A DNA stretch of 64,000 bases. Origin: a virus. This document shows, piece by piece, positions 18,592 to 26,549 of the stretch. The notes under the pieces are model-generated. The model was not told the origin of the DNA. It did not search any database and saw only the letters and a list, made by a program, of their open reading frames with translations. Within the stretch, counting starts at the first letter, position 1, and each line of letters begins with the position of its first letter. The translations under genes and the position numbers were made by a program. Location of the stretch: IMG/VR virus record IMGVR_UViG_3300028269_000003, positions 2,968-66,967 of that record; one strand, given 5' to 3'.

Positions 18592-20027
18592 TAACCCATC
18601 CAACCGTTTGAACCGAAAGTTTCATAATAATCATCTTCTGTTTCAATGACACTTTTAACAACTTTTTCAGCAAATGTCAAGCAAAGCGAATCAGCTACGT
18701 CTGGACTTGACAATCCACGCGCTTTCATATCTTCTTTTTTCTCAATCTGAATCTGTTGTTTTGGACTGAAGCCATACTCAACCGCTTGCAATTCTTCTAG
18801 CAGTTCGTTGTCATTTGGCAATTCAGCGCCAGCTTTTAAGAACTCACGAACCAATCCCCACATTTCAGCGCGTTTATTAAAATACTTGGCTGTGTCGTTT
18901 GCAGATCGGCCAGCAACTACATCAATAATATTAGCGTTTGGTCTTAATTGCTTAACGCGGTCAATCACGCCGCCACCAACACCAACGCCATCAATAAACA
19001 CAGCATCAGGGTTAAATTCGTCTATCTGCTCAACAACTCTTGAGGCTAGCGCCATTGTATCAAGCCCTCTGTATTTAACAGGCTCATACACTTTTCTGCC
19101 TTGACGCTTAATAATCACTGATTGGTCATCACCAAACCTAGCCACGTCAACACCAAGCAGTTTTTCTAATCCTTCGTAACCTTCTGCCCTATAGTTTCTG
19201 CATGATTCAATAATGTCTGCACCAATAAACTGATTGCTGCCAGAACGAGGGAATACACCACGAACACGAACACGAACAAAGTCGCTATCTTCACCATAGT
19301 CATCAACCCATTGCTGTATTTGTTTTAACGATGCTTGCTTGGCTTCACGGCTGTCAATTTGCCTAGTAATCCATCTATGCTTAAACTTACCAAAGCACTC
19401 CCTGAATCTTCCAGTATTTTTTGTCGGGTTTCCAAATGCTAGCCACATCGCGCCGGGGGTTGTCATTGCGCCTTCTGTAACTTCCCAGATTTGGTCATGA
19501 ATACCAGATGCTTCGTCATAAATAACTAAAACGTGCTTTTCATGTGTGCCTGCAAAGGCTTCTGAGTTATTAATTGACCACGGAATTGCAGATGCAAACC
19601 ATGTATCAGGATATTCTTTGTGATAAAACTTTGTTGCTGTCCATTCAAACCAATGTTTGTTAATTGATAGACGATGCCACTTTGCTAATTCACGCCATGT
19701 TTTAGCGCTTAACTGATTGGCTGTGTTTGAGGTTACTACAATTTGAGGGAAGTCGCGGGTGGAAATAAACCAAAGAATAATCCAGCTAACAAATGCTGTT
19801 TTACCAATACCATGGCCAGAGGCAATAGCAATTCGGATTGCTTCATCTAAAGTCGTGCCGTTTTTAATTGCTTCGCCAATAACCTTTAATGTGTCTTCTT
19901 GCCATACATCAATTGACTGGTCTTTTAGTGAGCCTTCACCCCACGGAAAAACATAACGAACGAACCCTAGAGGATTATCGTAGAACTTTGCTATATCTTC
20001 TATTAATTCAATCTCTAGAGCGTTCAC
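18591..20027 (-). CDS. terminase large subunit
   Basis: Walker A SGHGIGKT, Walker B IYDEAS, nuclease GVDVARFGDD and SPDVAD. Confidence 0.95.
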   Translation of the reverse strand: MNALEIELIEDIAKFYDNPLGFVRYVFPWGEGSLKDQSIDVWQEDTLKVIGEAIKNGTTLDEAIRIAIASGHGIGKTAFVSWIILWFISTRDFPQIVVTSNTANQLSAKTWRELAKWHRLSINKHWFEWTATKFYHKEYPDTWFASAIPWSINNSEAFAGTHEKHVLVIYDEASGIHDQIWEVTEGAMTTPGAMWLAFGNPTKNTGRFRECFGKFKHRWITRQIDSREAKQASLKQIQQWVDDYGEDSDFVRVRVRGVFPRSGSNQFIGADIIESCRNYRAEGYEGLEKLLGVDVARFGDDQSVIIKRQGRKVYEPVKYRGLDTMALASRVVEQIDEFNPDAVFIDGVGVGGGVIDRVKQLRPNANIIDVVAGRSANDTAKYFNKRAEMWGLVREFLKAGAELPNDNELLEELQAVEYGFSPKQQIQIEKKEDMKARGLSSPDVADSLCLTFAEKVVKSVIETEDDYYETFGSNGWMG

Positions 20028-20265
20028 GTGCTTTTAGTAAAATCTCGTGGAATCCTACGTTAACATCACCACTTAATTCCATAGCCTTTAAATCAGGTAA
20101 GGCTTTGTCTAATAAAGTTTTCCCGATATTAACTTGTGTCTGTGATAATTCAATAGTCCCGTCAAATGCGGACATTAATCTATTGATGATTTGTGATGCT
20201 TGAATCTTAGCTCTTACATCTTCTTGATGACGCTTTCCTAATGGTCGCCCTGCTGTTTTTGCCAT
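20008..20265 (-). CDS. terminase small subunit (short)
   Basis: directly upstream of and overlapping terL; IQASQIINRL..LLDKALPDLK. Confidence 0.7.
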   Translation of the reverse strand: MAKTAGRPLGKRHQEDVRAKIQASQIINRLMSAFDGTIELSQTQVNIGKTLLDKALPDLKAMELSGDVNVGFHEILLKARERSRD

Positions 20266-20304
20266 AATTATTCACCTTTGCGAATAACACGGTTTAAGTT
20301 ACCG

Positions 20305-20694
20305 TTACCTGTAAATTTCTGTGATGATTGATGATGTTTTCTTACGCTTTAAACTTTCCATTAACATTGGGTTAACTGGAACTCTTAGCATAAGTTTAGG
20401 TTCATCTTGCACAATTATAAACCCAAATTGTTTATAAAGCGATTCCAATCTATCTTGGTCTATTCCTTCTTCGTAACCTTTAGGCTCTAAAAGAATTGCA
20501 GTTTGCGTTAAATCTGCATCTTTACCAAGTTGCTTCAGCAGTGCTTTAGCTTCGCCTTTTCCTCTGTTGTCTTTATCAACGTAAAGGTTAGATAGCCATT
20601 TTACATTAAATTCTGATAATTCTTTATGATCGTAAACAGTTAATTCGCATGAGGCATTGTTTACTTCATATTTATCAGTGCGTGATTTATCCAT
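20305..20694 (-). CDS. GNAT-family acetyltransferase
   Basis: LSNLYV...NRGKGEAKALL (acetyl-CoA motif A) and LYKQFGF. Confidence 0.8.
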   Translation of the reverse strand: MDKSRTDKYEVNNASCELTVYDHKELSEFNVKWLSNLYVDKDNRGKGEAKALLKQLGKDADLTQTAILLEPKGYEEGIDQDRLESLYKQFGFIIVQDEPKLMLRVPVNPMLMESLKRKKTSSIITEIYR

Positions 20695-20695
20695 G

Positions 20696-20845
20696 TTAAT
20701 AGCAAGTTGTTGTGCAGTTGTTATTATGACAGCAAGTGGTACATACTAAAACTTTTCCATCAACAATGATAGTGTTAGTTGAGCAACTAGCATGAGCAGT
20801 TAAAGAAATAGTCAGTAGTGTTGCAGCTAAAATAAGTTTTTTCAT
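20696..20845 (-). CDS. secreted 6-cysteine micro-peptide (49 aa)
   Basis: MKKLILAATLLTISLTAHA|SCSTNTIIVDGKVLVCTTCCHNNNCTTTCY; ATTGGAGA RBS; AxA signal-peptidase site. Confidence 0.8.
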   Translation of the reverse strand: MKKLILAATLLTISLTAHASCSTNTIIVDGKVLVCTTCCHNNNCTTTCY

Positions 20846-20869
20846 TTCAATCTCCAATGATTAAAAGGT

Positions 20870-21015
20870 TGATAGTGCGCCAGCGCTAATCTCTGGCTTA
20901 TTAATTTCATTTATGTTTCCAATGCTAAGTGATAATTGCACTCTTGTTTCAAAATCCATCATTAATTTAAACTTATCACAAGTTTAAACGTATTAGCTTA
21001 CGCATTGCACTATCA
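20870..21015 (-). ncRNA. c4-type antisense RNA (P1 C4 / P4 CI-like scaffold)
   Basis: closing stem TGATAGTGC/GCACTATCA; AATGCGTAAGCTAATACG and GCCAGAGATTAGCGCTGGC match the c4 consensus as I recall it, with compensatory GCUAAU/AUUAGC pairing. Confidence 0.75.
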
Positions 21016-21079
21016 CGGCTGGTGACTGCCGATACAAATTTGTAATCTACGCTGCTAGCAAGAAACAATCACCATGCGT
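21015..21079 (-). ncRNA. structured RNA module ACGCATGGTGATTG...CAGTCACCAGCCGT (possibly c4-2-like)
   Basis: stem GGTGATTG/CAGTCACC, closing ACG/CGT, variable interior; abuts the c4 RNA. Confidence 0.55.
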
Positions 21080-21085
21080 CATAGT

Positions 21086-21146
21086 TCGCTATTAAGCCAT
21101 TACAGCCGACCAGTTAGTACCAGTCCAGTGTTGCCACAGGTTGCGA
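21086..21146 (-). ncRNA. structured RNA module TCGCAACCTGTGGCAACACT...CTTAATAGCGA
   Basis: ends conserved with 58042-58133, interior differs; GUG-GCAA-CAC GNRA hairpin, TCGC/GCGA closure. Confidence 0.55.
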
Positions 21147-21147
21147 T

Positions 21148-21271
21148 TACCTTTCCCTACTCGCTGCGTCTATTAAGGCTCGCCGTGGTCTTTTACACCG
21201 CCGCTCTGGAATTGAACCATTCCGCTCACCTTGCCTCGTTAGTTTATTGAGATAGCATCCGCTTTCAGGTA
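21148..21271 (-). ncRNA. structured RNA module TACCTGAAAGCGGATG...ACGYAGCGAGTA
   Basis: ends conserved with 58135-58223; inner stem covaries (CTAT/ATAG vs CTGTG/CACAG). Confidence 0.65.
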
Positions 21272-21276
21272 AATCT

Positions 21277-21306
21277 ATTATAAACACAAATTATAAATTA
21301 TTGCAA
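21277..21306 (-). promoter_or_regulatory. sigma70-type promoter driving the ncRNA array
   Basis: TTGCAA-18-TATAAT; predicted start near 21270; conserved at 58229-58258. Confidence 0.7.
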
Positions 21307-21307
21307 A

Positions 21308-21532
21308 CTAATTATACATACTAAGTGATTTTAAATTGTGCTTATCTTTACATAAATCATAGTGCAAGTCTAATAGTGCTATGGCTTTGCTAAACTTAGG
21401 CTCATACACTTCATGCCTTGCTAGATGCCCGATACTTTGAGCATCTATGTTGGTCTTTTTAGCTATCGCTTCGTAAGTTAAACCAGCATTTCGAAGGTTT
21501 AATATTATCCGTTGATAGTTAAGTTTAATCAT
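21308..21532 (-). CDS. small HTH (Cro/C1-like) DNA-binding protein
   Basis: LRNAGLTYEAIAKKT...SIGHL...EPKFSKAIALL; near-identical copy at 58260..58484. Confidence 0.75.
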   Translation of the reverse strand: MIKLNYQRIILNLRNAGLTYEAIAKKTNIDAQSIGHLARHEVYEPKFSKAIALLDLHYDLCKDKHNLKSLSMYN

Positions 21533-22542
21533 GCGAATAAGTCCTGTGTTTTAACTTCAACATTGTTAAAGCGTTTGCCAGCCTCTTTTAAGTTTAATAC
21601 AGCCTGTTTATAGTAGCTGTCTTTTAACTCAATGCCGATTGCTCTACGGCCTAATGAAACTGCCGAAAACATTTCAGTTCCAATTCCAGCAAATGGAGTA
21701 AAAACAATTTCATTAGGGTTTGAATATAAATCAACTAATCTATCCATAACGTCTAATTGCGTTGGCGTTACGTGCTTTTCGTCATCATCTTCTTTACTAT
21801 CATGGTATGGCAATAAATTACCTTCTCTTACATCATCCCAAACGCTTGAGGCGTAACGCTGCCAAATGTAATGATTTAATTTGCTAATCTTGTCATTTTC
21901 TTTTGTTGATTTAAGATGCTCAATAAGTTGCTCTGCTGTAAATTTTGTTTCATTAGCGTTATTAAATGCTTTTAACATATTGGGCAAAATAAGCGTATCG
22001 CCCGCATAATGTTGCAATCCAAATGGGTGAGTTACTGGTACTTTATTTTCACCTTTCTTTTTAAAAATTAAAATGTAATCAGGATTAGCCGTAAAGCATT
22101 TAGTTGAATCTTCAACAATAAATTTGTGCATGAGCGATTGAACCATTGTTCTTATACGAACTTTTAAAGGTTCTTTCCATACTGTAATTCTGTTTTTATA
22201 TTCAAATCCATATTTTTTGTATAAATCAATAACTGCGCTTGGAAAATCTGCCAAAGTTCCATTCACTTCACAAATATCCGTAATATGCAAAGCATTAATT
22301 CTTCCTTGCTTTGTAACTCTTGCCATTTCTTTAACAAGGTATTCAAATTGCTTTAAAAATTCATCAATACCACTTACATTGCTAAAATCTCTTTCACTGC
22401 TTGAATATGTGTAAAGAGACGCAAAAGGTGGACTGTAAACAGATAAATCAATGCTTTCATCAGGCAATGATGGCAATATTTCCATGCAATCGCTGTTATA
22501 AATTGAGTATTGGTCTGTGTGTAATTGGTCTTTTGTAATCAT
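21529..22542 (-). CDS. DNA amino-methyltransferase (N4-C/N6-A, beta order)
   Basis: catalytic SPPF then SAM-binding PFAGIG..GIELK. Confidence 0.9.
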   Translation of the reverse strand: MITKDQLHTDQYSIYNSDCMEILPSLPDESIDLSVYSPPFASLYTYSSSERDFSNVSGIDEFLKQFEYLVKEMARVTKQGRINALHITDICEVNGTLADFPSAVIDLYKKYGFEYKNRITVWKEPLKVRIRTMVQSLMHKFIVEDSTKCFTANPDYILIFKKKGENKVPVTHPFGLQHYAGDTLILPNMLKAFNNANETKFTAEQLIEHLKSTKENDKISKLNHYIWQRYASSVWDDVREGNLLPYHDSKEDDDEKHVTPTQLDVMDRLVDLYSNPNEIVFTPFAGIGTEMFSAVSLGRRAIGIELKDSYYKQAVLNLKEAGKRFNNVEVKTQDLFA

Positions 22543-22554
22543 GTCATCTCTCCA

Positions 22555-23925
22555 TTATAAAAATTTTGGTAATGCTGCGTTATTTTTAAACTCTTTGCGA
22601 ACATCAGTAAAACTGTGATTGACTGCATTTACTAAGTTTTGATGTAACTGTATAGTCTTTTGTGTTTTTTGCTCTAAAGCCTCTAAAACACGTTCCTGAC
22701 CATCACTGGCCACAATGTCAATAGTTACATCACGTTTCTGGCCAAATCGCCAAAACCTGCGAATTGCTTGGTAATATTGTTCATAACTCCATGTAGGGAA
22801 AAACACAGAATGGTTACAATGTTGCCAGTTCAAACCCATGCTAGTCATCTTTGCTTTGGTGATAATTCTGTCAATGTTACCTTTGGCAAAGTTGATTAAA
22901 ATATCCTCTTTTTTATCAATAGACATTGAGCCGATAATTTCCACAGCGTCTTTGTCTAATTCTTTTAGTAATGCGCTTTCCTCGTTAAAGTTGCACCAAT
23001 AGACACTCGTTTTGCCTGCTGCCAGTTCTGCAGCCAATTCACAGCGAGGTTTAATTGTTTGTTGCTGTTCGTGTCTGACTTCTGTCATTGACTTAGCCAC
23101 AGGCGTTAATAGTTGCACCTGACCGTTAATGTCAATTAGTGATTGGTTTTCTACTGAATGATAGTTTTTAATTAATTGTGGCAATTCATAACCGTCATCA
23201 CTAAAGCCAATATCACTAGGTTTTTTAACCATGATTGACCATTGATTTACCCACGCAAAAAAGTCTTTTTCAGCATGGGGTTTAAGATAGAACTTTTCAC
23301 CGATGTTGCGATTATTGCTATCAACAGAGTTTTGGTTGTTTTTGAAAAACTTGGTTAGCATATCCATGTAACCCATATACCCCAAAGCCTCGCTAGACGT
23401 TCCTAATTCAATAAAGTCATTAGGGCTTGGTGTTGCTGTGGATAGGAAACGATATGGCACTTTTTTAATGAAAGCGGTTATCTGCTCTTTAATCTTTCCG
23501 TCAAAGTTTTTTAAGATAGAACTTTCATCAAGTATCACGCACTCAAAATCAGACGCATTAAAAAAATGTAAACGCTCGTAATTGCAAACAACAATCTTTT
23601 TTGTAAATTTACCGTCTTTGCAATGTTCAATGTCATCAATGCCAAGTTTTTCAGCTTCATCTAAAAACTGAAAGGCCACAGCTAAAGGCGTAAGAATTAA
23701 AACGCGCTTGTTATGAGTTAAAACAATATTGTTTGCGATGGATAACTGAATTAAGGTTTTACCAAGTCCAGTATCGGCAAATATACCAATACGGCCTTTT
23801 TGAACTGCTTTGTCTATAATGTATCTTTGAAAGTCGAAAGCAATGTCTGGAATCCAGTTTGCTTTAAACCCAAAGTTGCCAATAGAGTGCTTTTTTGCCT
23901 CTATAAATTGTGAATAGTTCATCAT
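22555..23925 (-). CDS. SF2/SNF2-like helicase-ATPase
   Basis: DTGLGKT, LDESS, TATPSPND, QAIRRFWRFGQ. Confidence 0.9.
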   Translation of the reverse strand: MMNYSQFIEAKKHSIGNFGFKANWIPDIAFDFQRYIIDKAVQKGRIGIFADTGLGKTLIQLSIANNIVLTHNKRVLILTPLAVAFQFLDEAEKLGIDDIEHCKDGKFTKKIVVCNYERLHFFNASDFECVILDESSILKNFDGKIKEQITAFIKKVPYRFLSTATPSPNDFIELGTSSEALGYMGYMDMLTKFFKNNQNSVDSNNRNIGEKFYLKPHAEKDFFAWVNQWSIMVKKPSDIGFSDDGYELPQLIKNYHSVENQSLIDINGQVQLLTPVAKSMTEVRHEQQQTIKPRCELAAELAAGKTSVYWCNFNEESALLKELDKDAVEIIGSMSIDKKEDILINFAKGNIDRIITKAKMTSMGLNWQHCNHSVFFPTWSYEQYYQAIRRFWRFGQKRDVTIDIVASDGQERVLEALEQKTQKTIQLHQNLVNAVNHSFTDVRKEFKNNAALPKFL

Positions 23926-23950
23926 ATCTCCAATGTTTAACCCGTAACTT

Positions 23951-23980
23951 ATTATAATTTAATTTTAAAATTTATTGCAA
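23951..23980 (-). promoter_or_regulatory. sigma70-type promoter for helicase-methylase genes
   Basis: TTGCAA...TATAAT on the - strand followed by ATTGGAGA RBS; same in unit 2 (~60705-60734). Confidence 0.65.
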
Positions 23981-23988
23981 ACTATTTT

Positions 23989-24336
23989 TTAACATTCAAT
24001 AATCATTTTTGCTTCATTCCCATATCCGCGCATAATCGTTATAGGTTCAAACTGCTTGTCATCAATGTTTAATGCTTTGGCTATTCCATCAATGGCAGCT
24101 TTACTTGCGCTTAAAAGATTATCTAAATCACGTTTACGCTTATCTGACTGCATAAAAGTTATTTTTAAAGGTAACGTATCAGCAGGTTTAAATTTTCCGT
24201 TTACGCGCTCTGTAAATGCTATTGTGAAGGCTTCTAGCATTACTTCATTTTTAATCTGTACTGTTTTTGCCCAGTGTTGCCCATTTTTGCGATTAGGCAT
24301 AAGTTCAGAGCGTGGATAACTTAACTCAATAATCAT
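23989..24336 (-). CDS. rusA: RusA-like Holliday junction resolvase
   Basis: DKRKRDLDNL...IDGIA..LNIDD motif. Confidence 0.8.
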   Translation of the reverse strand: MIIELSYPRSELMPNRKNGQHWAKTVQIKNEVMLEAFTIAFTERVNGKFKPADTLPLKITFMQSDKRKRDLDNLLSASKAAIDGIAKALNIDDKQFEPITIMRGYGNEAKMIIEC

Positions 24337-24623
24337 AATAAACCTTTGTCTATTAGCCTAAGCTGAGTTTCAATCATGCCTTCGTAATGCGCTAATTTTA
24401 AGTCTGTAATGCTTAAATCTGTTTTTAATCGCCTATCAACTGCATCATGGCAATTTGAGCAAGCATAAGCGCCGTGTATGTCAGTTACTTTTTGCGCCAT
24501 GCCATGCCCGAACCTAACGCCATTTATGTGAGCAAACACAACCGTTTCGTTATTATGATTGCATATATTAGGCAATCTGATTGTGCAACTTTCACCTTTT
24601 GCGCTTTGTGTAATTTTGCTCAT
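24333..24623 (-). CDS. DUF1364/YbcO-like zinc-binding nuclease-fold protein
   Basis: AKGESCTIRLPNICNHNNETVVFAH...AYACSNCHD..D. Confidence 0.8.
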   Translation of the reverse strand: MSKITQSAKGESCTIRLPNICNHNNETVVFAHINGVRFGHGMAQKVTDIHGAYACSNCHDAVDRRLKTDLSITDLKLAHYEGMIETQLRLIDKGLL

Positions 24624-24985
24624 GATAAACTTTCAAAGTAAAATCCATTTTCAGCGGCATATCGCAAGCAGTTATCAAAATAAGTTGCCATTTCTGCCGT
24701 GTTAAGTTTAGCGGTGCTTAGTAAGCGTTTATGGCTTTCACCGTCAATCTCGGTTATCTCGTACAAAAACTTAAAGCGAAGCAAATCGTGAGTGAAGTCT
24801 TTATCATATCCAAAGTGATTGCCAAACTGCGTTACAAATTCCCAATACAGCGCATTTGCGTTTTGGCTGCGTTTACTTTTACGCTCACTTACATTAGCCA
24901 CATAATCACCAGTTTCAACAAGCTGTGTTACCTTGCTGATGAAGTTAGGTAGATTGTGTTTTGATAGGTGAAAGTTTTTAATCAT
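24620..24985 (-). CDS. NinB/Orf-family recombination protein
   Basis: KRSQNANALYW...STAKLNTAEM..Y motif. Confidence 0.75.
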   Translation of the reverse strand: MIKNFHLSKHNLPNFISKVTQLVETGDYVANVSERKSKRSQNANALYWEFVTQFGNHFGYDKDFTHDLLRFKFLYEITEIDGESHKRLLSTAKLNTAEMATYFDNCLRYAAENGFYFESLS

Positions 24986-25169
24986 GATTAATTGAATTAT
25001 CTTTTTCCATTTCTTCTGCCCACTCTTTAGCAATTAATCCTGCACCAATCATTTCAGCGCCATGTGCAGATAGTGGATTTAATCCGTAGTAATAATCAAT
25101 AGCAGTTCCTACTTCTATCATTTCTTTAGATAATTTATGTAATCTATTTATAATTTCTTTTTTAGTCAT
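24978..25169 (-). CDS. hypothetical protein
   Basis: coupled ORF; occupies the slot held by a C5-methyltransferase in unit 2. Confidence 0.6.
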   Translation of the reverse strand: MTKKEIINRLHKLSKEMIEVGTAIDYYYGLNPLSAHGAEMIGAGLIAKEWAEEMEKDNSINHD

Positions 25170-25353
25170 AGCAATGTTCTCTATGCAACTCAATCAACTT
25201 AGCACCTAGCTTATAGCTTATGTCAGTCTTTACGCCGTAACGTGCCATTTTTTGAAGCCTTGATGGCTGAACGTCAATCTCTCTAGCTACTTTTGCTAAA
25301 GGCTTATAATTGCGTCTTAATTCAATTAATATTTTTTGCCAGTTAACCATCAA
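25162..25353 (-). CDS. small HTH DNA-binding protein
   Basis: NWQKILIELRRNYKPLAKVAREI...LGAKLIELH; resembles 21308..21532. Confidence 0.7.
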   Translation of the reverse strand: MMVNWQKILIELRRNYKPLAKVAREIDVQPSRLQKMARYGVKTDISYKLGAKLIELHREHCYD

Positions 25354-25768
25354 TCACTACTCCTAAAGCCTCACGCGCATACCGCAAACTAATATCAGGA
25401 TATGCACTAGGGTTAGCAATTATTTTACGCGCCCACGCTTTCATATCTCGTTTAGGCTGCGTCATTTTTTCTACCGCCTCTTTTACCTCCATTGCATGAC
25501 GGTGATTTTCAGCTTTAGCCAACGGACTTGGTAAACGTGCAAATATTGTTGGCTTTGGCTTGCATAGTTCAATGATGTCTTTAACAGTAGGCATATGTTT
25601 GCTACTATCAACCCAGTCATCAAATGCTTTGCTTACAGTTTCAAATTCATATTTTTCAAGTTTAGAAAACCAGTAGCGCAAAGTTTCAATGTCAAATTCT
25701 TTATTGTCATAAGAATTGCAAACAATACGCATCATCAGCATAAATGGCTTTTTGTCTTTATCAATCAT
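25343..25768 (-). CDS. putative helicase loader/replication accessory protein
   Basis: directly after the initiator; YWFSKL...V..AF..W....KHMPT..DI motif. Confidence 0.65.
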   Translation of the reverse strand: MIDKDKKPFMLMMRIVCNSYDNKEFDIETLRYWFSKLEKYEFETVSKAFDDWVDSSKHMPTVKDIIELCKPKPTIFARLPSPLAKAENHRHAMEVKEAVEKMTQPKRDMKAWARKIIANPSAYPDISLRYAREALGVVIDG

Positions 25769-26433
25769 CAGAATGGCACTCCGTTATCGTTAGGCTCTTC
25801 ATCTTCCCATTTTTTTGAGTTAATATAGCTCGCTGGATATGGGATATATTTTCCACCGTCTTTAATCCAATCCATGCTTTCTTTTTGCCAACTTAAAGCA
25901 TATAAAACATTATCCAAAATTGGCTTTTCTTTCTTCCATGCTTTTATTGCATCACCTTTGTTTTTCTTTTTTGGGTAGTTTAGCCAGAAAGTTTCAAAAT
26001 CTTGCTCATATGAATTTTTAACCTTAACTAAACTTACCTTACCTATACTAACCTGTGATTCCAAACTGTATACATCCTGTATACATTCTGTATCCAATGT
26101 GTATACATTGTTTTCTTTAAGAGATAATTTATCCTTCTCTTCTGTATAAACAGTTGGCTTGTAGCGGTCTTTCTGAATTAGATTGTGTATGCGCCAATGC
26201 TTAATTACGCACACACCATTTTGAAATGGAATAACAAAGTTTTTAGCTAGCAATAACTTTAAATCGTCATCATTACAACCTAGCATCCTTTGTATTTTTT
26301 TTGCATTATTTATAAATCCGTCATCATCAGCTCTCATTGATAAATGAAAATATAAACATTGACTTGATAGCGGCATATCTAAAAAAGCATCACTATCAAT
26401 TATTGTTTTAGCAAACATTCTACGCTCTGCCAT
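25768..26433 (-). CDS. replication initiator (replisome organiser)
   Basis: MAERRMFAKTIIDSDAFLDMP..Q.LYFHL N-domain; FETFW..YPKK...YIPYPASYIN..KWEDE C-domain; internal iterons. Confidence 0.85.
   Translation of the reverse strand: MAERRMFAKTIIDSDAFLDMPLSSQCLYFHLSMRADDDGFINNAKKIQRMLGCNDDDLKLLLAKNFVIPFQNGVCVIKHWRIHNLIQKDRYKPTVYTEEKDKLSLKENNVYTLDTECIQDVYSLESQVSIGKVSLVKVKNSYEQDFETFWLNYPKKKNKGDAIKAWKKEKPILDNVLYALSWQKESMDWIKDGGKYIPYPASYINSKKWEDEEPNDNGVPF
26066..26109. repeat. four 11-bp iterons (CTGTATACATC/CTGTATACATT/CTGTATCCAAT/GTGTATACATT), putative origin
   Basis: tandem 11-bp period inside the initiator gene, next to a 5-nt periodic tract (26021-26054). Confidence 0.75.
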
Positions 26434-26451
26434 ATAAAACCTTTAACCAAT

Positions 26452-26549
26452 AAAAAAGCCGCTAACCAACATAGTGCAAGTATGTCAATTAACGGCTAAC
26501 TGCTTAATAGCAGTAAGTAAATCAGCCTCTTGCACAAGCATTACTTACT
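26452..26549 (-). promoter_or_regulatory. two-hairpin attenuator leader (c4-a1b1-like) upstream of the initiator
   Basis: 17-bp terminator stem (4 G-U pairs, valid only on the - strand) + U5; loops GUGCAAG and CUUGCAC are exact complements. Confidence 0.75.

Larger units (their letters stand above)
23890..24985. repeat. shared block D (promoter-RusA-DUF1364-NinB), copy 1 (partner ~60645-61740)
   Basis: near-identical DNA with scattered SNPs. Confidence 0.9.

Noticed and set aside
4238-19956. Many + strand ORFs inside the podovirus structural genes (e.g. 4238..4666, 5338..5628, 15452..15730, 18808..19104)
   Set aside because: Antisense shadows of well-supported - strand genes, with no RBS or motifs; the same applies to + strand ORFs within 36978-61034.
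21185-21225. tRNA-like T-loop (TGGTTCAATTCCA on the - strand)
   Set aside because: No acceptor stem, D-arm or anticodon arm at the right spacing; treated as part of the variable insert of an RNA module.
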